64,000 nt of DNA from NCBI RefSeq assembly GCF_003704095.1, contig NW_020846492.1:248001-312000 (forward strand). The letters are read 5' to 3'. Both the position numbers and the translations under genes were made by a program. This document shows, piece by piece, positions 13,980 to 25,287 of this stretch; position 1 is the first letter of the stretch; each line of letters begins with the position of its first letter. The notes beneath the pieces were generated by a model. That model was not told the origin of the DNA. It ran no database searches and saw only the letters and a program-made list of their open reading frames with translations. Origin of the DNA: Pocillopora damicornis. Its lineage: Eukaryota.

Positions 13980-16387
13980 CTACCATGTTGAAGCCATTGG
14001 TTGAGGATTTTGAAGATATGACATCACAACAGCTGATACGGATAATCTGAAAACAAAATTAAACATAGGAATGCATTTAATGTCCAGTTATCTAATAATT
14101 TGAGTCTTCTTACTACTCCTCCAATGATGGTTTCCCAAAATGTCTTTAAATAATTTACAGTACATGTACATATTAAAAGCAACAATTGACCAACAAAGGA
14201 CTTCCATGTTTACAGAGCCTCAGCTAAACATGAGGGGTGGAAGAATTCATGACACAGAAGACAGTTAAGAACTCAAGATCTAATAGAGGGTTTAAAAACT
14301 TTTGAGAGGTCTTCCAACTTCAAACCCTCTTCCCACCTCCATCCGCCTCCCCTGCTGCCAATGAGTGTTTAAATAAGATGCCTTTGCAAAATGTTTCTCA
14401 AAAATAAGCACAAATCAACACTGCAACCCTCTTTACATATTTTCATCTATCATAAGAGCATGTACTGTGTCTCAATTGATTTATAAATTGATATAATGCT
14501 TGGAGTGGATATCTCCAAAAGAATTGAGTGAATATTTGCTCTTCAACAGTAACTGCAATCAGTTGAATTTTCTGAAAGCAAGAGCTGAAAAATTATCTTG
14601 GCATCCACAGGCTTGAACTCATATTTTGGAGATATTTTGCAGTTATGTGTTACTTGTGCCTGAACTTAAAAGACATGATTTATGAAATAAATTGTACAGT
14701 GCTTTTGGTATGTAGATGATAAGTTGGAAACTTTGGAAATTAAATGGTTTTTAGAGGTAAAAGCCTATAACTATTGTTCAAATCCATTTCGAACGTTAAT
14801 ATTGCTTCTTATAAATTGCCAAGTATGTTGTACAGTAATGACTACTCACAAGAAACTGCTAAACATCTGCTTGGTATCTTCTGATGAGCGTGAGTTGGAA
14901 AACATTATGAATGAACAGTACACGGCTGCCCAAGCTGCCCATTTGAGCTGAGAAATAAGCAAAGATATAATCTTTAAATGTAAAAATTCAGTAACAAGGG
15001 CTGGCAAAAATTAGACTTTATAGACACTTTCTTCTTTTTGTCCCAGCATTATTAAAAATAACTATTTTGCAGACCAGCTGAAATTATACGAGGAGATGAA
15101 ATTAGACACAAGGCAACTTACTTTTGTAGTGTTTGTTCCTATTTGGTTAATTACCTCAGCTGTATTCTATTTGTTGGTACACCCTAGATCATAGTCACGT
15201 GATTATGGTCACATATCATTGTATGTAATCGAGTTCAAGGTATTCTAATAAAATGTTTGTGTGGAGCGCATGGTCTGATTTACGCATTACTCTAGTAATA
15301 GTAGTGTATTAAACCCTAATACACAACAACTGGCGACAAGGATGGCCACTCTTGGAACAATTAAAGTCTTCAACCCTAGTTCAGAAGACTGGAACATATA
15401 CTGCAAACCTTTCGATCAATACATGATTGTGAATGAAATCAAAGAAGACAAGGAGATTGTGGCCACATTCCTGACCTCAATAGGCAGTAAAACTTACAAC
15501 GTCGCAAGAGGTTTGCGAGCCCTGGTGAAGCCATCTAGCACAAAGCTTACAGATTTTGTGTACTTGTCACTTTTAAGATTCTTGGCAATAGTACCTCTTA
15601 TGACCAAGAAGCAAATATCAAAAACATCCAATCTGTTTATTCATAGTGAAAATCAGGTTTATTTGATGGATGACTTTACATATTGCTTATCTTCACTGTA
15701 TGTTAACAAGTCTAATTAAAAAAAACTGAATCACATATATTTACTACCTTCAAACTGATTTAGTGAGGACAACTAATGTCAAGCAAAGAAAGATCTTCGC
15801 AGGGGATTTCCAATTTTAGCAATTGTAAACACCTGATGTGTCTGCACGGTGCATTTTTCATCAGTACTTATCAAGGATTGAGAATACAGCTCATCAAGGA
15901 CAATTAAAAATTCGGTGGTGCTTTCATTCTGCATTTTGCTTAGCCAGCCAGCCGGTTTTAAAGATGAAACAATTCATATTAGCCAACCAACCAACAAAAA
16001 AGCGAAGAAGAGCCATGAAAGGATATTTGCCACAGCATAAACAATACGATCTTCTGTTTTACAAAAACTGCATAATTCACATATGTCCACGGTTTATTTT
16101 TTTTCTATGAGTATGGTTCGCGTACCTAAAAATCTATCAACTAAGAGATGTGTGTGCGAGTTTCAACGTAAGCACAACGATATCTGGAGTCGAGAGATCC
16201 ATGTTATCGTGATTAGTCATACCTTCATCAGAAGCCCACACATACTGAATATCATCCCTAGAATGTTCATATACTCTGCTGTCGGATCATCTGTAGGTTT
16301 TATAGTCACTGGCTTGTAGCGGAAGATCTTATTAGGCCTTCTGGGGTCTTCTTTTGTAGAAGAATACGAACCACTAGCAGCCGGCAT
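13980..16387 (-). CDS. WDR83OS: Protein Asterix / PAT complex subunit (WDR83OS, PAT10), 109 aa, 3 exons
   Basis: Exons 16387-16223, 14947-14850 and 14046-13980 translate to [103 protein letters not shown]. This closely matches the remembered human Asterix sequence. Splice sites are canonical. Confidence 0.95.
15125..15555 (+). mobile_element. Truncated Ty3/Gypsy LTR retrotransposon: 5' LTR, PBS and gag N-terminus, antisense within Asterix intron 1
   Basis: LTR-like segment TG..(15125 or 15172) to ..ACACAACA (15328) containing AATAAA. PBS TGGCGACAAG at 15331. Gag-like ORF from 15342: [24 protein letters not shown]...[12 protein letters not shown]...L...KP. Confidence 0.8.
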
Positions 16388-16752
16388 GTTGAAAATCAGC
16401 GAGGAACTTCCCAGCAGGCTTTGGGCGGAAAATTCAATATGGTGAATGGGTCAAGTGGCTACGAGCAGACCTGGTTAACATGAATAGGCATCCCTATTTA
16501 TCGCATAGAATCCTCTTTCTAAGTTCAAGCCTTATCACATCATATCTTGTTTATTTAAATCCTGTTTTTGTTCATAAACCCATAAATCATCAACTTATCA
16601 GCACTATTAATGATGATTAAATTCTGAAACCTCTTAATATCCGTCAGGCGCAGACAGGCTGACACGAGCAATCCTGGTGACTAAAAATAAACAATAAATA
16701 GTTCCACGTGCATTTGAGTACTCATACACGTTACTCGAGCGCTAGTGACATC
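16388..16752. promoter_or_regulatory. Divergent promoter region shared by Asterix and the tandem avidin gene
   Basis: Start codons on opposite strands ~365 bp apart. A GGGCGG GC-box lies near 16423. Confidence 0.55.
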
Positions 16753-19700
16753 ATGGCTTATAGTGCCTCTTCTCGTTTACTTTACTTTGTATTTTCAGCT
16801 ATTGCTTTTGTGTGCCTCGTAGATGGAGAGAAGTGTAAAACTCTCGAAGGCAAGTGGTACAATCAACTGGGCTCAGAAGTTTACCTAGAGCATGATACCA
16901 ATGGTATCCTCTATGGGGAGTACAGAACTGCGGTTGAGAGACGCAATGGCTCTGCCGGAGTGGATCACTCTATTGTGTTAGGTAAAGTACTCCTCGCATT
17001 TTGATTGAGAGGTATTGATGTGTACGCTAGGGTGAGTTTATGTGCAATATTTCGACATGGCGTTTGCTTTCCCAGAAGATGCTCTAAAAATATATTTATG
17101 TACTTCTCGACAAGATTAAGTTGATTATTTACATATATATTAAACACTATTTCTTAGTAAGTTCAACAATGTGGTTATTCACACTCATGATAAGCTGAAT
17201 GTATGGCGTAACATTCCGCGTCCGTTTCACATGATTGATCAGGTGCAAAGTTCGTCTAGAAATGAGTCAAGACGATAGCTCTTTGGGGCACAAGACTGAT
17301 TGAATTATGAAAATTTTATAATCTTTGTTTTTTTTTCTTATTTAACTTTCATCCGGACAGGCTTTCTTTACTTCTTATTAAGGCAAAATTCTGGTCATGT
17401 CCATACACGACAAACATGCTTCAGGCACATTTGTTTCAAATGTTTAGATGCAATATATGTGATAAATCGTCGTTTGAATGTTTCCCAGAGAGCAATTTGT
17501 GAGGAAATCAAGTGAAGTCAAAATGATTTGGCAAGATTTCTGTAAAATCCCATACTTCATTATGCACACAGGGCTTGTATAAAAGAAGACAATGAATTGC
17601 AAAACAATAGATTACCTTTAGGACCACATCTTTGTTTTAGAGTAGTCTGGGGGTAGGGGTTAGAAGGAAATATTTCCAGTGAATAACACTATGGGGCATC
17701 TAACTATTGTTTTATACAGAATGAAAGTGCTAATTTTTGTTATATTTAAAATTAAGTAGCTTCTAATTTTGAATCTCGATATTTTAGAAAAATTGCAGGT
17801 CATTGTTTCATGATATCCTTGTTCTTTGCTTTGTCTTGAAAATAATCAAGTTATTTATTAATAACGTGTGATTCATTAACATAGATATGATCTTCATAAG
17901 TCCTTGTGATGTATTAACAATTCACTCCCCAGTCACATGTTAAGTCAGAAGCCAAAAGTGAAAAGAAAAAGACTAACCATGTGAAATGCTTGTGAAACAT
18001 ACATGTATGTGAAAACCCATGTGCAAATTTTTTTTTCTGTTATTCCTAGTAATTTTATTTTGCTCAATATCTTCACATACTTTTTGTGTCACTTAAAAAT
18101 GCATATTCATCTGTTGTTTGACGCTAGTCCACCTCAGAGTGAATTTCACAAGTGTGTAAAAATGTTCATCCCTTGAATTAAAAAAAAAACCCATAAAACC
18201 ATGTGTAAAATGTTTTTTTTTTTTTTTATAATGTATTTAATTGAGTTTGGTTTGTGTATACATGTAGACTACTTGCAGGTTTATGTCATTACTGTTATCA
18301 ATTTTTATCTATTGAATGTATTGTATAAAAGTCTCTATACACATAATTTGACATAAATGAAAGAGATTACATTAGAAGCAAAAACAATAAAAACAAATCA
18401 AGCTTTTAAGTGAAATAATAATAAAATTGTGACAAGGCAGTCAAATAATTACTTATTGGTATAAATAATGAGAGCAGCACACATACATGTAATGAATGTA
18501 TGCCTTGTTATTTCAGTTTTTTAAATGAAAATGTACCAATTGAGGTAAAGAAGCCTTGATATCCAAATTTGTCATGAAACATCCCATGAATGCCATAACC
18601 CATAGGCACCCTACAGAAAAAAAAAAAGTACCTGCCTATCCTGTGTAAGGCTGTCACCAATGATTGATTAATTTAGGTCTTATTTCAGTTTGGAATGATA
18701 TCTTGGAGAGTTTTGCTCAGTTGAAATTATTTTATAAATGAATTTTGGTGTTCTTTGTTTTATTTTGTTTTACCAGATAATATTTGTACATTTTGTTCAT
18801 TAGTCAGTAAGCTTTACAGTTGTACTTGGTTTAAACTTACTGCACCTGCAACTGACTATACCCCCCTTTCTATTCATTTACTGAAGAAAAACATTGTAAC
18901 CTCCACTTTGTGATGTTGGTAGAATTCTTGAAATGTTGTCTTCCCAAATTCTACATCATTGTTTAGATCAATAAAGAGATAAAAAGGACAGTATTTTTCT
19001 AATTGACATAGGACTGAGAAGTGCAGGTACAAACTCTCCAAATTAGTTTGGTGGGTTCCAATCATACTCAGTTTTGTATTTTGGTAAATGTTTGTCTTTC
19101 CAAAGAAAGATGACAGAAAATGACTTGCCTACTACTCATGTCTGTTTGGCCAATAAAATATGGCAGGGATGATTGTTTTTTGTTTTGTTTTGTTTTTTTT
19201 CCTAGGAAGCTACTGCCAAATTATTTAAACTTAAAATTGTAGGAAATCCAAAGACACGAAAACCAAGATACATACCTCTGTTACTTTCCAATGTTTATTA
19301 GATCACTGTGAATGATATCAAATACCATTTCTGTTATAGGAAATAAAGCATGATTGGTTTTAGGTGTATGGAAAGTAAGGTTAATATTTTCTCTTTTATT
19401 GTCATAGGTTCTGCACCATATAACTTCCCTGGTGCAGCCTTTGCTTTTTCAGTTGTCTGGCAAACTGGCATCTCAACAACAGTGTGGACTGGTCAATGTT
19501 TAGTCCGTGAGGATGGCCAGGAGACTCTCCTCACATCATGGCTACTACGTTCCAGTGTCAATACCTGTATAGACAAGTGGAAATCAACTATGATTGGTCG
19601 TGACACATTCACCAGATATGAGCAGCTTTCTGGTCCTCGGAAACCTGATGAAGGAAAAACAAAAGTACCAACAAAAATTGATAAAATAATCCATAATTTT

Positions 19701-20282
19701 GGCCCTGATGTCAAAAACCAATTGTGTAATTTGAATGGAAACTGGTATAACACCCTGGGCTCTGAGATGATTCTCAAACAGAGAGCAGATAATGTAATTG
19801 AAGGGGAATATCGCACAGCTGTTGAGAGAGAAACAGGTGCAGCAGGTAACAGCCATTCTAAGGTGTTTGGAATTGGACAGCTTGGTAGCTCAAACAGCAC
19901 ATTTTCCTTCTTTGTGGTATGGAACAATGGTAGTTCTGTCACTGGATGGGTGGGACAGTGCCACATTTGTGGTGAAAATAAAACAGAGATCATTGAAAGT
20001 ACCTGGCTACTGAGGAAACGGGTGGAAAAGGTGGAAGACAACTGGAGTTCAACTTTGTACAGTGAAGATAGCTTTACTCACACTGAGACTACACCAGGAC
20101 CTAGGAAAAAGGACAACACCCATACACCAGACAGGAGTGTAGATGAATCTCCAAAGACTTGTTATGGGTGTCATACACCAGACAGGAGTGTAGATGAATC
20201 TCCAAAGACTTGTGATGGGTGTCATCTTCTGTTTTCTTTTGTCCTTTTGGGCTTGAGTGTGCTAGTGTCTTTATTGTTGTAA
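16753..20282 (+). CDS. Tandem two-domain avidin-family protein with signal peptide and C-terminal GPI/TM-type hydrophobic tail (~367 aa, 2 exons)
   Basis: Exons 16753-16981 and 19408-20282 (phase-1 GT-AG intron). Two repeats of the avidin pattern GxWYNxLGS..GEYRTAV..FxVVW..TxWxGQC..WLLR..W.ST....D.FT. N-terminal hydrophobic signal. C-terminus is LLFSFVLLGLSVLVSLLL* with no cytosolic tail. Confidence 0.93.
20121..20222 (+). repeat. In-frame 51-bp tandem duplication (HTPDRSVDESPKTC[Y/D]GC x2) in the stalk of the avidin gene
   Basis: Two near-identical 51-nt units starting at 20121 and 20172. Confidence 0.95.
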
Positions 20283-23200
20283 ACAATCCAGCTGACCTAC
20301 AAGTGATATATACTATGCTGATTTTTAAAGTGGTCTCAGTTTTGTTTCAATAGTTAGGGTTTTAAATTTCCCCTCTGCTTCATGGAAATGTCCAAAATTG
20401 TAGTATCTTGGTTGTTTTAATAATAACAAATGAATGAAAACAATGCAGGTATACATACTCAGAGACAGATAGGGCTAGCCATATAACATGGTGAGATCAT
20501 GTTATTTTGGGTGCAATTTACAGAAGTGAAACACCAGTCAATATAATTTCCGGCATTTCCCCATCAAGTAACAGTTTTTTTTCTTTATATGTATTTTTTA
20601 ACTGTCCAGTCAGATCTGAACGGCTTGTTATCAATAATCATTATAACAACTTTGATGTAATATTTTTGTACATTAATTAATATGTTACTTTTGATTCAAG
20701 CCCTGGTTAACTGTGTATGTTTTCTCTTGTGCCAAACAGAACTCTGTGTTCCTCTTTGGGTTATTCTTGTTGGGGTCAAGAATGCAAAATTTGCCCTCAC
20801 AGGAAAATAGTAATTATTGTAATTCTTGTCATCAATAATTGATATAACTTAATGATTAACTTTTTGGTGAAAATGTATTTTGTTCTAGTTTGCAAAATTC
20901 AAGCCAGGAAAAGCATGCGGCAAGTATTACTAGTGTTGTGGTGTTAAGGAAAAGTTGTGCCTAAAAATTTTTCTTTTTGCTGATTTTACTCTTACTATGG
21001 AGTACTTTGTGGCAATTTAGTAGTTATTTTATATTGACTTTTAACTTTGATTTCTTTCAATCAACTTGAGGATATATTTTTGATAAATTACATGTGTTCT
21101 ATTTTGTCATACAGCACATCAGTAATCATTGTACAACTGCTCAAGTAATAACCAATTATATTTTTCAAACTTTTTTATACATCTTGGTATCAGTCAAGGA
21201 AGTCTGTTATTTTAAAAACACTGTACTCAGTGTTTTTCTTTTACAATACAGATATCATATCTTTTTAATGGATGATATTTAATTCTGCATTGTGGCAGTT
21301 GGTGAACAAAACTGTTTTGTATTTAATTACCTATGATGTCACACAATCTTATGTTTAACAGAATATGTAATACACATGTCCTATTTAACCATGTTAACAT
21401 GGGTCAAATTCAAACGAATGTGAATGAGTATGTCTTTCCAAATAGTTATTAATTTTCTGTCATTTACATTGTATTTGATCAATATTTAAGGAACATCCAC
21501 CTTTGTAAACCCGTCAGCAAAGCTGGTTAGGAGTATACTTTTGGAGTGCTATCATGTGATGAGAATGCGAGAATTGTTTCATTCATACAGTGTATGCTAG
21601 AGTAAAATTTAGGGTAGCTGTCTAATTTTAATCATGAGGCAGTCAGGATTTTAAATATTGTGTTCAAAAATGTGTTGCTTGATGTGTTGCAAATTGAGTG
21701 ATAAGTTATTTCCTGTTGTCAGCTGTAAAAGAATAGTTACAGAATAAATCAAACATGAGTATGGATGTGTGATTCATTTTGATGCAACTGGGGAGTCGTA
21801 CTCTAGCTTCTTACAGTACTACAGGTTGGTAGGCCCAGGCCTACAAATTTTTCCATTTGCTTTTCAATTTTATAATATGACTTGCAAATATTGACAAAAA
21901 CATTTCTTCCTTAGAGAAGAGGCCTACAACAAATCGCAAAGCTGGTTACGCCTCTGTTAAACATTTACTATTAATATTATAATGATCATCAGATTTTTTT
22001 TGGCTTTAAGAGCCTTCAAAGGTCACTCTCCCGGCACCCCTTTCCTCCTCCCTTTTCTATTGCCTTTGACTATTTGACTAAGTCACATTTGAGCCTCTCG
22101 GGAGTGACCAAAGAGATATTTTTTCCTCACCGTATCAAAACATTTTAACCCTTTTCACCCTTACATAAAAATGCATATTCTCCATACTGTTCTCTACAAG
22201 TTTCCCATGTAGCTGACAAGGAGAACTTGTCTAACAATCAAGAGCTTTATTAGTTGGTGACCATTCCCTTTATTCTCGTTACCTGAATGTTTGATTCAGA
22301 GGTAATATTTTAGGGAGAAATTAGATGCCAGTCACTCCTAGGAGTCGAAGAGTTAAGCAGAAAGGTGATGAAAAAAAAGAGAAATATCCATTTGGAGAAA
22401 TCGTTCGAGTCAACGAACGTTCAAGTGCGTTCTTGGATACTTATCAACACTCAAAGTCTCCCAAGATCTGATCTGTAATCGTCCTTCCAGTTAGCTGCTG
22501 TACATCTCCATATGTGTTCGTCAAGAAAATTTTGGAATTGCATTGACAGAGTCTCGATGAGGTTAACCGATAGCCGTTGAAACTGTCAAAAACCAAAAAA
22601 TTAGCCATTAAGCGTAAAAATAGACATTTTAACCGAAAGTCGTAAAAAAAGTTCACCGTAAAAAAATTCTGGTGACAACGGAATGATATCACCCATTGAC
22701 CGTGAAATGGCCAACATTTTAACCATTAGCCGTCAGTGAAAGCCATCAACCCATTGAGACCATTTATTGAGATAAATCCCTCACACTAACATTTTTTTAA
22801 CGAATTTTCGTCATCATATTAAGTCTTCAATGATTCACGGATAGTGTATAGAGATATACCATGTTATAAATCACTCGCCTCCGGCTCCTGATTTACAAAC
22901 TTTTCGAGTGTTCTCCAAACATCCCGAGTGGGTTATTACGCCGGCGTCAGGTCTCATTGTGTCTCATGCATGCTCATTATTTCGCTTCCAAATCTCCTCC
23001 TTGGCATTAAGCTGGCCATGAAACCTTTTAATCTTGCTATGTTAGCATGACGCATATTATAAAGCGCTCTATTTGCACACATTATAAGACGGAAAGTTAC
23101 TGTCATTCTGTCTTATTGATCAGAGTGGTGTTTGAAATAGTTACCTGAAAAAATTCAGATTGAAATACAACCTGATTCTTCGAAAACAAAACGGCATCTT

Positions 23201-24390
23201 TAGCGTACGCTGGAAAGCAACGCAGCACATTTGTGTTTCACTCTAGCCGAATAAATAATCAACTTTCGTCCCTCAAAGCCACGCATGAATTTTTAAAACA
23301 GGTTAAGTCACAACCCAAATCAATTATCGCGAAAGTGATTAAAATGATTTCTTCCTACAATGTAATTAGGCAATCTGGATTTGCTGCCACTTCATTGGTC
23401 CGGATAAGAAAACACTTCAGTAGCTCACCATGACAGCTTTAGGTAGTAGTCTACCTACTCCAAAATCAATAAGTGTACAGCTGGGAGTGAAACATAGTCG
23501 ATCATTATCTGCGCAATCAAAAAAGCAGCGTTTCTCATTTGACTTTGTCAAGAGCACAAAAACCCATAAACGATTTGTTTCTTTAGGGTTCATATGAGAA
23601 TTATTTTCCTAGATTTAAGAGTGGGTGATGATGCCTCAACCTAAAATAGGAATAGCCTTGTCCAGCTCCAAATATTTCTTAACAACGATCTTTGAAAGAT
23701 ATTCATTGCTTCAAATTAATTATAGATCTTGTAAGACACACTTTACAATAAGGAGTTATGTTTTTTCATTTTGTCTCCAGGCTGTGGGCATCCCTTCTAT
23801 ATTTTTACAAAGCTACTGACATTTTGAGCGGTATTCTCAAACACCAGAAGCATACAACCTTCTGCTAACACTAAAAACCCGCTTCCAAACCTAAATGTAG
23901 GGAAGAGAAGTAGGGGCCTTTGCTAAAAAAGATCACTTCATCTTGTTTCGTTTCCTGACATTTTCAAGGATTGTGTTTCAAAGCTATTCGTATCTTGATA
24001 TTGTTTGTAAAAGACGACAGACAAGAAATCGGAAGCCTTTCGGGATCGGCAACTACCGGAACATAAGAGAAACAAGCCCCAGGTCCTCGTTTGGAAAGCG
24101 GATAACGCTACAAAACCGCTTAAATCGCTACATATTCGCCTGTGGATGACCTTGTTTTTTTTTTCGTTAACGCTCATTTCCTTTCGTTTGTATGGTATAA
24201 TAGTCCCGAAGTTGCATGTTACTTAGTAAAGACCGTTTCTGATTCATCTTAACTCGTCTGGTGGTCGTATATTGATTCTTGGATAGGGTCGAAAAACTAC
24301 CCATTTGTTGAAAAAAATCACATCCTCAAACCAACCCAGTAGCCAAGGTCGTTTTCTTTTATTCATCCCAAAGGGTCTCTGAAGAGTCTT

Positions 24391-25287
24391 TTATTGACTG
24401 TCGTTTAAAGAAAGAGACAGAATACGACGTATTCGTTGACACATTTCCTTCAAAGCACTTCTAAAGTCTGGCATTCTGATGACATAAACCCACGGATCAA
24501 TAACAGCACTGAAGTATGAGATAACAGAAACACTGAGCCAAATTTTTCTTTCAAAACCGTCGCATTTCACTCTTGCGATTTCAACATCGGTGGCTAGAGG
24601 GAACATGCTGATGAGAAAACTCGGCATGAAGAGAGCAATGAATAATCCTGTGATGATCCCAAATGTGCATGCCGTCTTTCTTTGTCGTCTATTTTCTGCC
24701 ATTTGTTGAGCATTTGTGATGTTTTCACGCGCAGGAAATGTACTTCTTGTTACTTTGTATATTTTGAAATAACAGAAAGCTATTATGCAAAATGGTATCA
24801 ACACAGAAATGATACCTCCACACATCCAGATTTTTGCTGCGTGTTTGAAAGGAATAAAGTGAGCTGTGAACACACCCATGAAAGCAAGAAACCATGGAAA
24901 TGCTGTCATTAGTAAGCATCTTTTCAAAGTCATTCTGTCATGATAATGTAAAGGCGACGTAATTGCAACGAATCTATCCACTGCTACGTTACTCAAACTA
25001 TAAGTTACGGAAGTTGTGGTGAAAAACCATACAGTAGTTTCCATTTTCACGAAGGTATTTTCGCTTCTTCCATAATTTCGAACGAAGTACAGATTAGCTA
25101 TGATCCCTGAGAGAAGTTCTGCCGCAGCGAGAGATGCCATAAAAAATCGGGCTGTAGGTCGCAATGAGCGAATGTATCGCACTGCTAAAATAACGGTCAG
25201 ATTTTCTGCAATAGCTAATAATCCAGAAGTCCAGCATATTGCACCTAGGGCTCTGACAAAAGTCAGCGACAGATCTTCGCAAGCCAT
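24391..25287 (-). CDS. Intronless class A (rhodopsin-like) GPCR, 298 aa, adenosine/melanocortin-like orphan
   Basis: Seven hydrophobic segments. Motifs: TM1 EN, TM2 SLAAAE, TM3 DRF..I..PLHY, TM5 P..II.FCY.KI, TM7 DPWVY, helix 8 FR. Confidence 0.92.
   Translation of the reverse strand: MACEDLSLTFVRALGAICWTSGLLAIAENLTVILAVRYIRSLRPTARFFMASLAAAELLSGIIANLYFVRNYGRSENTFVKMETTVWFFTTTSVTYSLSNVAVDRFVAITSPLHYHDRMTLKRCLLMTAFPWFLAFMGVFTAHFIPFKHAAKIWMCGGIISVLIPFCIIAFCYFKIYKVTRSTFPARENITNAQQMAENRRQRKTACTFGIITGLFIALFMPSFLISMFPLATDVEIARVKCDGFERKIWLSVSVISYFSAVIDPWVYVIRMPDFRSALKEMCQRIRRILSLSLNDSQ

Noticed and set aside
19493-20041. 182-aa minus-strand ORF
   Set aside because: Antisense shadow of the avidin exon with no independent features.
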